Shown here one piece after another: positions 36,553 through 49,439 of a stretch of DNA of 63,212 nt. The position numbers and the translations under genes are program-made. Under the pieces are notes generated by a model, which searched no databases, was not told where the DNA came from, and saw only the letters and a program-made list of their open reading frames with translations. The stretch is from Dicyema japonicum (taxonomy: Eukaryota; Animalia; Dicyemida), in the NCBI GenBank assembly GCA_011109175.1, contig RDEW01000098.1, positions 18,715 through 81,926 of the forward strand, written 5' to 3'. Numbering within the stretch: position 1 is the first letter of the stretch; each line of letters begins with the position of its first letter.

Positions 36553-37796
36553 TTAATATAACAATTTTAAAGGAATGGAATATTTTCCATTGGCTCTATT
36601 AAATTTCTTCGACGTTTGATATAGAGAACCCAAGTGACCCCAATAATTGTAAGTATAACTACGGTGATTATAATTCCCATATTTTGATAATTATTTGAAT
36701 GATTAGACTTATTATTCCTATAATTATTTTATAATTTTGTGAAAGACTGAACGTATTTTTCTTGTAGATTTCTGTGAAAAATTTGGGACAATCTTTAAGA
36801 TAAAATTATTTTTTTTAAAACACCCAGACTCTAAAATTCAGCACAATTTAAACTATTTCCAATAAAACAAAATTCAAATCATCCCGAAAAATCTGAGCAT
36901 TAAATGATGAAAATCTAATGTGAAATTTCTCAAGAAAATCAATAAAAAATAATTCACAGTGAAAATAACTTCCAACATTGACATATTTCCGATTTTGAAA
37001 ATACCATGACCCAATATACGTGTTACTAAATTTAAAGCCAATTTCCGAAATATAATATTTATTTTGTATCAAATTAAAGATTAAAAAAATTTCATTCGTT
37101 AAATTTTTTAGATGCAACTTAATTCCATCATTTTCTAAATAAATTTTTGGAATTTGAGTGCTTTGTAAAAAACTATGCGATATTGTCTATAATTGAGTAT
37201 CGTGTTTTACTTTTTTATCATTATAAACATCGATTTCAGTAATCTCACTTAATATAGCCTTGAGTCGATTTCCATTCATAAAATACCAAATTGGAGTATT
37301 TGGATCGTTAGATGGATTACAGTCATTAGCTAAATTAAATTATATTCAACCTCTTCCATCAAAATGCGAATAAGGTTTTTTAGTTTTATATTGTATTATC
37401 AAAGAATATATTTTAAGTGAATAGTATTTTTCCAAACTGATGGAAGTATCTCCACATCTGTAATATTCTCCATGTTTTATATTACTGATGTTTATTGAAT
37501 TTGTATAGGTTTTATTGTCTTTAACGGTTAATTATTAAATTACTATATTTTAACTCAATTTTTATTGTTATGTTATAGAATTCCTTTGAATATTGAATGA
37601 ACGATTTGAGAATAAAATTATATTTTTCATATTTGTAGTTCAATTTTTCATTGAGACTTTTAGCAGATTCGATTCTGAATACTTCACTTATTCCCTATCA
37701 TAGTTACTTATAAAATACATTTCTATTTACATCTGTCAAAAAACCATATCCAGAAAATAAAATATTAGCTTCAAAGGTCAAAAATATTAACAACAT
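36553..37796 (-). CDS. LAMP-like type-I membrane glycoprotein paralog 1 (two 1-nt deletions near the 3' end: pseudogene or sequencing errors)
   Basis: Introns 37695-37718 (24), 37519-37543 (25), 37330-37350 (21), 37187-37210 (24) and 36831-36853 (23) restore the frame through most of the gene. Motifs YYRCG and ANDC; TM GIIITVVILTIIGVTWVLYI-KRRR. Confidence 0.7.
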
Positions 37797-37806
37797 AAAA
37801 ATATTG

Positions 37807-37841
37807 AATGAACACGTCATATTAATAATTATGTCAATTAC
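37807..37841 (-). promoter_or_regulatory. Conserved proximal promoter block ending GACGTGTTCATT
   Basis: The same 12-mer lies 9-10 nt upstream of the ATG in all three paralogs (37807-37818, 44093-44104, 60657-60668). Confidence 0.55.
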
Positions 37842-38599
37842 AGTGTTAATTATTTAATATATTAATTTTGATAATAAAATTAAATTTATTTATTTTAAAA
37901 ATTTCAATACTTATTTTTTTAAGAAAGAATCATTTAATTAATCAACTTGCATTTTGGAGAAACACCAAACGTCCCTCCAATCATGTATCCCTTACGGAAC
38001 TCAACCTAGGCTTTCTCAAAATCGCTAAGTCTTTTTACCATCCCCTCGGGCCAGACATCAAGCTATATCTGAGATACGTAAGAAACCTTCCTCTATAATA
38101 GAGTCTATATAGAGAGTAATCCATGACTCAAAACTAACCGCAGGAGAAGCCTGGTATAGTCACCAAGATCACCCGACGATGACTCTTTTCCTCTTGTGAT
38201 TCCAAATTTAATAAAATGAAATTAAGATTCAATTAACGTTTTTGAAAAATTGCAGCAATTTACCTTTTATTTTTTTAAACTGTCTCAGCTACAACACCCA
38301 GAAACACAAGGCGTTGCAAGAGCCAATTGTACTTCTTTCCTTTGGCCTTATTGTAATAATTAAATGAATCATTAATATGACTAGTTAGCCAATTGGTTAA
38401 TTGGTCGGTAGGTTGAGATGGTTGCATATCTGTATTTTACGAATTTCTTATAAAAGGAGGATCCGTTAAGTTTCGGAGACATCAAGACATCTAAGTGTGT
38501 CCAGAAATCTAGGATTTATTTATTAGTAAAAGATTTATAATTATATCATCTTGTATTTAAACAAAGATCTCAAATAAAAACATTTTATTATTTGACTTT

Positions 38600-38895
38600 T
38601 TTACATATTATACAAAAAATGAAGAAACACCATGCAATGCCGCCATGGAAGAATTTTCGGCCACACTCAATTTTCTATATTCAGAGGATGTCCAAGAAGT
38701 TTTCTTCCCAAGACACTTGCGGAAGATTATACAATGATCGGGGTCCGATTGATAGGTGTAGAAGATCTGGACGGAATCAGGAGGCAAGCACGACGACGAA
38801 AGGGATAGAGAAAGGTGACGGAAAAAATAGTCGAAAACATGGAACAAGCAAAACCATAAACACTGTTTATTGGTAACGCGGATGTGCATTGACTA
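38600..38895 (+). mobile_element. RTE-like 3'-end fragment (same family as 12030-13010)
   Basis: Reverse-complement similarity to 12030-12300. Confidence 0.8.
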
Positions 38896-39649
38896 ATCAA
38901 CCAATTATTATGTTACCAGTATTTGCTAGGACACGGATTATATGGAGTTATTTATTTATTGTTATTAAATAATTAAAAAACTTAATTTAAGGAGGTTGAA
39001 TGGCTATGGTGTTTGCTCTGACGATAGCTATAGAATACGCTGTCGAAACTGATCCTTAGAGTCCATTAGCCGATCGTTCGCTTTTGGACTGAAAATTCCT
39101 GATGTCTATTAATTAACTCCAGGCTTACAATATTTTCTGTACAAGTCCATCGCAAACAGTCACAATTAATAAATTTAAGGAAGAAACCAAAGGGAGAACA
39201 TCTGCTTGTGCCGTCCAAATCCATCTACCAATAGTCCATTACAGGCCTCGCTTCGAAGAGAGGTTCGCCCTCTTCGATTTTTATCAGACGGCCAACCGTC
39301 GCTTAAATCACTTCATTTTTGGGCGGAAGAGTTTCCATACTGTAAACTTCATCAGTGGATTTATCTAAGAGAAAGGGAAATCCCTTTCAACTACTGTGTC
39401 GTGCAAGAAGGAGTATTCGCCTCATGGGTGTAATCTGTATGACTAGAATTGACCTTCGATAAAGAGTTCATCCTTCGGATTCGGATCAATGACTAAAAAT
39501 CCAATGTCATCAGACTTTATGTTCAACGAGAAGGCTCATTTGATTATTACAATTATTTGTTATATATTAATACTTTTTGTTTGCAGTGAAAATAAATTTA
39601 ATTGTATAATAAAAAAATAACTTACTGTCACTGAAAAACTAGTGACATT

Positions 39650-39960
39650 ATATAGGGCATGTACCAAGAATGAACCCGGACGCACCCGCTAACAAAGCGA
39701 TGGAAGATTACTTTGACAGTTGCGAAAAACCATTCCGCGGACGACCTAGATCGACACTTCCGACTGCCTTAAACAAAAACTTAAATCGTGTGAGAAAAAA
39801 TCTAAGGACGGGGGACGACCTGGACGAATTGAGATCACTCGCATTTGACAGAGGAAGATGGAAAAGACTAACTATAAATATTGTTACTTTGAGTGTTGCA
39901 CATGCGGGACTACAATCATTATGGCTTTCGTGAAAGTGCCTTAATAATAATAATAATTAA
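39650..39960 (+). mobile_element. RTE-like 3'-end fragment with (TAA)n tail
   Basis: PANKAMEDYF..FRGRPRSTLPTAL..DRGRWK followed by TAATAATAATAATAA. Confidence 0.85.
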
Positions 39961-40679
39961 ATATGGATCCAAACGCTGTAAATTTATCATCAATAAAGCT
40001 AATGTCCCGTGGCGCCATGTGGTGCTACGTGGATAGTTGTATTTTCTTTCCTTCCGATGGCGTCACTGGATCCACCTTACTGAGGAGGCGCCCATGCCTG
40101 ACCGGCATCAAGAGGATACAACAATTCTTCCCCGGAGACAACGTCGTTTCTTGGTGACAAGTTCTAGAATGCTAGAACGAGTCATGAGTTAGTTAGTTTG
40201 GTTACCCTTGTCTTTGGGAATAATTTTAATTTTTTAATGTCGAGTGCTAAAATTTTGAATTTAAATGTTGGATAACTAGCTTCCCAATGACTTCAAGTTA
40301 ATTAGAGGATTTCGAAAACAATTTTGTAATATTTTTAATAATGTTAATATTTTTTCAAAGCATTTCGGAGTTATATTTTCATTTCATGTTATGTTGAGAA
40401 TTATTTCAAACACTCATAAACATTCCTTTGGGTATAAGAGAAAGAATCTGTAAATTATAAAAGGCCAATTCTGGAGGGTCACACTTGAGTTAATAATAAC
40501 CACATTAATCACTCTATAATAACCCACATTAAATTCAGTATCACTTAGAATAAGATTGCAGGCTTAGAACTGAATTATAATCCATATAATGAATTCTAGT
40601 AAAATGAATATTAACAATATTAAAAGTTACTACAATTAAAAAAGTTATCTATCTTATGCGCTCCTTCGAAGACATAATA

Positions 40680-41257
40680 CACTCAATCCCATAAATGATG
40701 ACCCAATTCCCGTAAATGATGTCCAAGTTATATATATAAATAATACACGAGTAAATCTATATTTTAATTTCCCCTATTATGGTATCAACTAATACAGATA
40801 TGAGAAGTCGCAAGGTTTTTATGAACGAAAGTCTATTTAATCAGATTAAAAGACTTTACAAAGTTAAAACAAAAGAAGAGTTGATTGAGATCACCTCGAT
40901 CAGTAAAAAGAGTTTGAACAGGTGTATACAAAAGATCGAAAGCTGTGAACTCGAGGATCCTACTTTCACTGATTTTTACAAGACAGTAGGACGAAATAAG
41001 AAAGATAAAGAAATGTTAAGTGCTGAAATGAGATCTATTTTTGGAAAAGACAACTCGCTGACACAAGTTGGTCTTCAAGAAAACTTTCAGTGAATCTTTC
41101 TCAGTCTCAAATTTCAAGAGATTTAAAGGAGGCCTGCATCACAAGAAAAAGACTCAAGAAAAGGTCCGAAGTTAGATTGAGTACAGAAAACTTGGCAGAA
41201 AGGGGAGTATTTGGTCATCATTTATGGGAATTGGGTCAACATTTATGGGATTGAGTG
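40680..41257 (+). mobile_element. Tc1/IS630-like internal-deletion derivative (578 bp) retaining the N-terminal DNA-binding ORF
   Basis: TA-flanked ~50-bp TIRs CACTCAATCCCATAAATG..GACCCAATTCCC..AAATGATG.CCAA. ORF 40779-41093 continues after a frameshift as NLSQSQISRDLK..ITRKRLKKR. No DDE domain. Confidence 0.85.
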
Positions 41258-42888
41258 TAATACAGTCAACCCCTGCTCCAATAGAAAACGTTCCAAATAC
41301 AGAGTGGGAGTTGGTAAGCCACTCTTTTAATACAGGGGGATTTATTTAAATTCTTATTAATGAAAAGGCAAGTTTCATCACAATTAATAATATCTGTTGT
41401 GGCAATGTATTTAAATAAATATTGGAAACTGAATCAAAGACTGTAATAATAAATAATAATGATATTCGCAACAAGAGAGTTAATCAATTGAGGTCGCTTG
41501 TGGCGCACCTCAGAAAATCTTTGCCGTCAGACCTCGACTTTCATCTTGATTTTTCTGAGGTCGTTTAAGTCATCAAGAATTTCCAGTCGCATTTTGCATT
41601 TTTAGGTCGTTATTTAAGGTCAGAAGAGTGTTGTCTGTGGTCTGCCCGAAAAAATACTGATGATTATTTTACTCATTATCAAGTATTCAAAAATCTAATT
41701 ATATTGGGAGTCATTTTATAGGTTTTTCTTTGAGTTAACTTCATCCCGGTCTTTACAGATTTTTAATAAATTTGCAGACTTGATGAATTTTTTAGACCTC
41801 TTAGGGGTCTTTGTTATTTCTATTGATAAGAAAATGATGCTACGGCTACGTACTTGGTAAATCAAAACTATGGAAAATATTGATCATTACCATTTAAAAA
41901 TAAAAATAATAGAATAAAACAAATTTTGAGTGTAATTAAAGTTGAAAAATCAAAAAAATGACCTCCTTTCTTGAGAGTTGTATCAAATCTACAGGGCGAA
42001 ATTGAAAGTTATATTATTCTATTGTGTTCTTTTCAAGGGAATTGTGAGGAATTAAAAATTTTATGATTTTCAAAATATCTTTGAATGAATAATTATAGAG
42101 TTATTAGAATATATGTTGTCATTCGCACAGAACGTGATTTGGCTCGAAAGGAAACTACCTTGAAGATACACGTGGGGTTATGTCAATTACGATGTAAAAA
42201 TCGGTTAATATAGACTGTATCCCAGAAAGTGTAGTACATGCCTTCGATGAAATTGTTTCTGAATACAAATCGACTTAAGTGAGTAAGAGGCAAGTAAAAT
42301 AAATACCTGAAAAGCAGTCTCTTTCTTCTCATCTAATGATTTCGCCCAACTAACGACGATTGATGCTGTCAAGTCAGCCAAGTAATCAAAAACTGCAGAC
42401 AAGCGGACTGTTACAGCTGAGTTCTTATCAAAACAAATTAATTTTCAGATTATCAATATATTTCATTATGTTAGGTAGTTTAATTAATGACAACTGAGTC
42501 AAAATATAGATAGTCTCAGCTTTTAAAAAAATAAAGATGAGTTAAAAGAAAAAAGTGATCCAATGTGAGGCAATATCAGTTAGGACGGGCATCTTATAAT
42601 ATTTTTCATATTGAATGTAATCAGGTAATGTTTTTGAGAGTTTCATGTGTCTTTAAAGGATTAAATATAGAGAGTAATTGAAATTGCTCACCACCCTAGG
42701 GAATATAAGTTGTCATTCGAACATAAGTGGTTTAAGAGGATCATCCTTTTCTGTGTGATATTCGAATTAATTGATTTTAGAAGCAATAATGTTAAAAAAT
42801 TAATTTTAATTTAAAACCATGCCAATCTATAAAAAAATCAAACAACTATTATTTCAAACTGGGAAACGAGTAAATTAATATAACAATT

Positions 42889-44083
42889 TTAAAGCAATGG
42901 AAAATTTTCCATTGGTTCTAATAAATTTCTTCGACGTTTGATATAAAGAACCCAAGTGACCCCAATAATTGTAAGTATAACTAGGGTGATTGTAATTCCC
43001 ATAATTTTATAAATTCTTAAATGATTAGAGTTATTATTTTGTGAAAGAGTAAAACATATTCTTTCTTCTAGCTGTTTCATTTTCAAAACACCCAGAATCT
43101 AAATTTACGATAATTCAAACTATTTCCGATGAAATTGAAATTCATATCATATCTAAAAAATTGAGCCCTTAATGATGAAAAAATCGCTCGAAGTTTGGGT
43201 AGATTTATATGCAATAATTTACAGTTAAAGTAATTTCCTACGTTGACATAATTCGGATTATTAGGATACCATGTCCAATTATTTTCGCTTTTGAATGTAA
43301 AAATAATTTCCGAAATATAATATTTATTTTGTTTTAATTTAAAAATAAAAAATATTTCAAATTTGTTTTGATTTAGATGAATTTTAATTCTATCGTTTTC
43401 ATAATCAATTTTTGTAGTTTGACATTCTCTTAAAACACATTTATATCCAGACTATATCAAATTTTAAATTTTACAGTTTACTAATGACAATATAGATTTC
43501 AATATTCCCACTTAAAATAGCCAAGAGTCGTTTTCCATTCATAAAATACCAAATTGGAATATTCTGATCGTTAGATGGATTACAGTCATTAGCTAGATTA
43601 AATTGTATTCAAACCTCTTCCATCTATATTTGCATAAAGAGGACCAGCTCTATATTGTATTATCAAAGAATATATTGTGACAGAATAGTCATTTCCCAAA
43701 CTGATTTTAGTATCTCCACATCTGTAATATTCTCCATTTTTGATTTCTGTTATGTTTTTTGTATTTGTGTAGGTTTTATTATCTTGATGGTTAAAAATTA
43801 AATTACTAGAGTTTAATTTAATTTTCATTGTTATGTTATAGAATTCCTTTGAAGGTTGAATGATCAGTTCGATAGTTAAATTGTGTTTCTTGATTTCATA
43901 CTTCAATTTATTATTGTAAGTATCATAATTGATTCTGAATACATCAATTATTATCTATTTTTGTGAATTATAAAATACATTCTTATGGATATTTGTCAAA
44001 AAACAATCTCCATACCATTTCATACTATGTAGATCAATCCTAGATGCAATTTTGGTGATCAATGACAAAAATATTAACAACAT
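42889..44083 (-). CDS. LAMP-like paralog 2 (one or two frame problems)
   Basis: Introns 43955-43978 (24), 43783-43806 (24), 43593-43614 (22), 43452-43474 (23, needs +1 nt or an upstream donor) and 43099-43120 (22). TM and tail KRRRNLLEPMENFPLL. Confidence 0.7.
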
Positions 44084-46539
44084 AAAAATGTTAATGAACA
44101 CGTCAATGATTATAATTAGGTCACTACCTATGTAGATAATTTAATAAAAATCAATTTTTTATTTATTTTAAATATTTCTACATTTATTTATAAAGCAATG
44201 CGCATTTTTATTCATCAAGATACTTTTAAAATACGGCAAAGCATGTCATGTTAATTTTATTGACACATGACCTCCAAAATTCGATTCTCCTTTTTAAGGC
44301 CATTACTTTATCGTTCAAAATAAAACAATTTGTTATTCTCCTTTTAGCGTTAATGTAAATTTATTCAGTTTTTCATAATTTGAAACCAAATATGCAATTC
44401 TCTGTAACCAAAGATTGTTTTCAATTTTTTGTAAATTGAAAAATTTAGTTTCTTAAGAAACACAACAAGCTCGTTTCGTAATTCGAAAAAACGTTGCAAT
44501 TCCCTTCCAAGAGGCTACTATTTTACTTCTGTATTGATGAACCTTTCCACAACGTGGTAAAAGATAACTTTCCTGTTTAATTAAAATAATTCAATACTTC
44601 ATAAAATGCTTTGACATTTTTAATTGCACCTTGTAAATACATTCAATTTGTTTTGACAAAAGAAAATGCCTTTATCCTTTAGATGAGGATGCTTCATCAA
44701 TAAATGTCTTGTTAGTTTGGCAGGAGCAAAAGATGTGTTCGGTGGCATACTACACATTTTGCTGTATGCGTTAAATCAGATCAGTTCTGAAAAAACACAC
44801 ATGAGAGGTAGCTTTCAACAAATTTTTTTTTATAAAATTATAATTATAAAAAACCTTTTGTTTGAAAATTTTATAGAATCTTTTATGCAATTATTGTTTC
44901 TCATTAAAAGTCTATAAAATTGACTAACTAACTCAAAGTTAGAGGTTTAATTTACGAAGATACGAGATTAAAATGGCACATGGATTGGAGTTTGATTTTT
45001 AATATAACAGCATGCAATGAGAGTGGAACAATAACAATAGATTTGTGGTACGTTACACATGACCACATGTGATGTACATAAACCGAACATACGGAATCTG
45101 ATTATAACCCTGTTAGTTACCTTTAAGATTTTCTAAGGAGATATTTTTCCGGGCTTTGAAGCAAAAAACATTTTACTGAATTATTTTTTTGGAAAGTCTG
45201 TAAGTCGCTTTCTTATTTTGCATCAAAATTCTTATTCGTGCAGCTTATAAAAAATCCTCAAAGTTTTTTAATTCCAAGCAGTGCGGGATTCGAACCCAGA
45301 TTCTTCGTACACACAACGCTTCCTTAGTTCACAACCTAGGTTTTCTTATATATCTTGAGTCAATCCATGGTCGTGGAAATCAGAAACATGAACTTTTATC
45401 CATCATGAAGCAAAGTTGACGTTTTGTGTTTTAGAGGTGACCAGAATTGGACAATATATTCATTGACCAGAATTGATTAGACTTTCGTTAAATGAGAGTT
45501 TTTACATCGAAAATGCCTAGAAAATTCTGCTTTTTCTAAAAAATTAAAAACGAATTTCCTCGAGTTGTCCGTTACTGGTCTCATCGCTTCCAGAAGTATC
45601 AAAAAACTTTTGTAAAATTTTTTTCTGGGCGGATAGAGATGCGTCGCTATTTTGATTTATTCCCATATGGGTTCTTAGATTTATTTGCAGAAAAGCATGG
45701 CATTTATTTGTTAAAATTACTAAAGTCTAATTAAGATCACGGAGATGACACTCACAAAAGTGACATTACAAATAGAACTGATCTCTACGATTTCTCGTGA
45801 ATCATGATAAAATATAAAATAAAATACGTATTCGATGTTGATTTTATCAAAGAACTTTAAAATTCAAAAAAAGTATAGGAATGAAGTCAATCGATATGGT
45901 AATTTTGACATGACTACAAAACAAAAACATATTCACATCAGTTCTATTCACTTGCGAAAAAATTAATGATACGTACGAATGATAAAACTGCGAATGTTAA
46001 GAATGTTAAGAATACTAATAAGCTGGATAAAACAGTCGCGCGAGGACAAAGTAACTGCCGCACTCTTGATTTCAACACGAAATCTCATTGGGTTTTTTTG
46101 GACTTTTCTCTTGTTTTGTCCTCAATTCTGGTTCTTGTCGATATGCATAAAAATGTTTGGAATGTCTGAAGTGATAATATTATTAAGAAAATCTGTGTCA
46201 GTTTGATGTCTCATATTGTTGAAGATATCTTCCTCAGATCCAATGTATCCTGTGTAAATTGGAGCCAGTATCAGAGTCACATATCAAAGAGTTTTTGTGG
46301 TTTGAATAAAGAATTTTCGAATCGAGAAGAAATAGTGTTAGCAGATTAATATCTAATTCCATTCGGACGTATCTGCGATTATACGGAAAGAAGACATTCT
46401 CAAGTTACGCAAAGACAACTTCGCATGGCTTATTGTTGTAAAACTAATACGAAAATAAATCAACTAGGGACGAAGTTAAGATACTGAGTTGACAGGATAG
46501 AGAGTGAAGTTTGATCCGAAATATTTTCTTTCGTCAGGA

Positions 46540-46780
46540 CGCATAAAACACAGATTGCCGTTCTTTGAGCATGTTGTCGGCTCTGATTCCCTTGAATGAA
46601 CCATTATGCTGAGCATAATACTTGGAAAAGAAGACTTGGTCGACCAAGACTCTGTGGGTATCCACAGTAGAAGACGTCACGGGAATGCCTATATCAAGGC
46701 TACTCCAAATTGCGACGGATCGGGAAGAGTGGCGGAAATTGGCTCAAGAGATCTCCAAAATAACATAACATAAAGGATAA
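46540..46780 (+). mobile_element. RTE 3'-end fragment (family of 3385-4735)
   Basis: Reverse-complement similarity to 3400-3600. Confidence 0.8.
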
Positions 46781-47185
46781 TTCGGAAAGAAAATGGAAGG
46801 ACAAAGTTTCAAAATCGATAATAGTAACCCATCTTTCTGGAAGAGATATAAAAAAACTCGTGTGTTCTAGGAAGTGAGTACTTCAAACAAGCTATTTTCT
46901 ACCAATCGAGGAAATTCCTTCTGTTTTCAAGCATCATTCGAAAATATTCAAGGCGTTAATCCAATGGATTTAATTCTTGATGCCAGGAAAGAAAATTTAA
47001 TAAATTTAATTAAATATCGTAAGAAGAGGCAAAGAACCATGGATAAAGTAGTTACCATTAGGAAGTCAAATCAATGATCAAAAGTAGTAGATCAAACGCC
47101 GGTACACGATTGTATAAACATCTTCAAGTTCACGGAGGGACCGGACCTCCTATCTCATGTCCTAAAGAAACTGTTCAATTCAAGT

Positions 47186-47259
47186 NNNNNNNNNNNNNNN
47201 NNNNNNNNNNNNNNNNNNNNNNNNNNNNNNNNNNNNNNNNNNNNNNNNNNNNNNNNNNN
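47186..47259. other. Assembly gap (74 N)
   Basis: Run of N. Confidence 1.
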
Positions 47260-47440
47260 GAATTAGTGGAAAATCGCTTCGCTTCTTAAAGAAAATTGGA
47301 AAATTTTAGCTACACTAGAAAGCCACGACGCACGTAAGACCCGGTGGCTACTCCAGTTGATCTCTGTTGCAATTGCGAGAGGCAATGCAACATCGATTAT
47401 ATCGGCGGGGTCCACTTATGATGGATGACAGTTTTAATAA
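47260..47440 (+). mobile_element. CRE family C 3'-end fragment
   Basis: Similar to the reverse complement of 13200-13390 and 30650-30820. Confidence 0.85.
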
Positions 47441-47859
47441 AAGTATAAACTTGTGTTAAAATTTATTAAATTGTAACAATTTCAGTTATCTTCAAAAGGC
47501 TGTTTCGGCACATCAGTTTTCTTCAAGCAGTTTCCTTCTCGAGAACAATGAGGATTCCGTCCAGATATACCTGTCTTGGCCGTAATACAGTTTCCAGAAA
47601 CTGGAACATTCTGATCAATTAAACGCTAAAAATATCCATGACTTTTTCGTCAAGTCTGTTTTTATTTTCACTTTTAAATAAAGATGCAAATGTTTACCAA
47701 CTATTTGAACTTGAATAAAGGAATCCTCTTTCAATAAATAAGCTCCTTTCTGAGTTTTCCGTTTTAAGAGATGAGCTGCAATCTTCAATTTTGTTTCACC
47801 ATTCAAAAGCATTTTAATTGACACAAAAGATTTGAATTAAAACGTGACTTTTAAAATAT

Positions 47860-48350
47860 TATTATTATTATTATTATAGGCACGTACGCGATGCCAAGAA
47901 CATGACAAAGCATGTACAACACGAAAAGGTAACAATCTAATTAACGTCCCCCATCTTTTTCGATCCGTTGCCATGTTCCGTAGCGTATCCTGAGATCTCA
48001 TCTAGAATAACCGGCAGTGTTGTCCTCGGACGGCCGCGGAAACGAGAAGATTGCTATGTTCGCAAGGGTCCCCATATCGTGGCGGAGTATGTGTCCAAAG
48101 AGCCTCCATCTTGAATCAGTAATCTCACATGATATTGGCTCAGTTCCTGTTCTCTTGTATAAGATTTCAAACTCCTTCGATATTTTGGTCTCTTAGAGAC
48201 ATCCGATTGATATCTTGTATTTTGAAAGGTCTTCACAAAGTTCTTTTCTTTTCCATGCACAAGAGAGTCCTTTGACATTGAACGTTAAAAGAGAGAAGTC
48301 CTTTAGGTTGCAATTTTCGTGTTTTTCAGACATACTTTTCAAGAGGGACG
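47860..48350 (-). mobile_element. RTE-like 3' fragment with (TAA)n tail
   Basis: NLLVSAAVRGQHCR / GRPRTTLP-like C-terminus and ATT repeats at 47858-47878. Confidence 0.65.
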
Positions 48351-48589
48351 TCACCATTACAACCAAAAAATATTTATTTTAAAAATCAGTAAAATAAAAT
48401 TAAAATATTTATTTTATAAATCAGCAAAATAAAATCACATAATTAATTTTATATAATAAAACAAATTAATGCGCAAATAGAAATGATAAATTCAATTGAT
48501 TTGTCATTTTTTTAAATTCTGTGCCCCAAAACGAAGTTTTCCCAAAAGATAGAGGTTCCATTTCCCCGGAGGTTCACCACAAATAGTGG

Positions 48590-49100
48590 TCAAACTGTAC
48601 CTCATGTACATAGATGTGTTGAGACTGATGAGAAGCAAAAGACAGACGAACTTAGTGTGTCTGGATATTTTCAAAGCCTTTTATAGTGTATGGCATGAAG
48701 CTCTTCTATCAAGACTTGTGTCAGTGGATTTTTCAAGATACCTGTTTATATGGCTGAAGAATTTCCTAACCGGAAGGATTTCTCAAGTACGTATTTGAGG
48801 ATTTGTATCCAAGATATTTTAATTGTGAGAGGCGTTTCGCAGAGCTCTGTCTTAAGCCCCCTATTGTTAACATTTTCCTAGCAGACTTCTCGATCCTTTC
48901 AGATTCGAATTCAAAACTACTTAAATACGCGAATGATATCTTAATAATGAAAAAATCTGGCAAGTTACCTTATCGGAGATAAGGATCAAGAAATATATTA
49001 ATTATGTTCAAGACTAATGCGAATGGAGGAGTGTGAAACTCTCAAAGGAAAAGTCGAACTCCTTGAGAATTAGCCGTATCAAACGACATCATGGCCAGTC
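48590..49100 (+). mobile_element. Degraded LINE RT fragment (Jockey/I-like)
   Basis: VCLDIFKAFYSVWHEALLSRL..WLKNFLTGR..VSQSSVLSP. Confidence 0.8.
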
Positions 49101-49439
49101 ATACGCGCTTGGAGTGCCGGAATGCGTTTACTCCGCTACCTGAGTGTTACGATAATCATGAAGCCTCATTTCTGGAAGACGTTAAACTAAAAAAAGAGCG
49201 CTACAAACATTTCTGGAGACGTTCTTATTATATTCTCGAAAATAATCTTGCCCAGCATGATATACGGCAGAGCTTTTCAAAAAATAATTCTCTCGGCACA
49301 CTAACCGTAAAATAAATAATCCACGGGCACACATTAAAAAATAAAAAATTAAATTTTTAAGATGTGTAGAACTAAGTACAAAAATTGGTAATTTAATGCC
49401 CAAATTTTTATTAATAAAAAATGAAATCTTAATTATTAG

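Noticed and set aside
40770-40781. Microsporidian host assignment from CCCC upstream of an ATG
   Set aside because: It is a single instance inside a transposon. Five-intron genes with variable donors do not fit typical microsporidia.
45280-45335. tRNA gene (minus strand, GGTTCGAATCCC)
   Set aside because: Only a T-arm/B-box is present with no cloverleaf. At most a SINE or tRNA relic.
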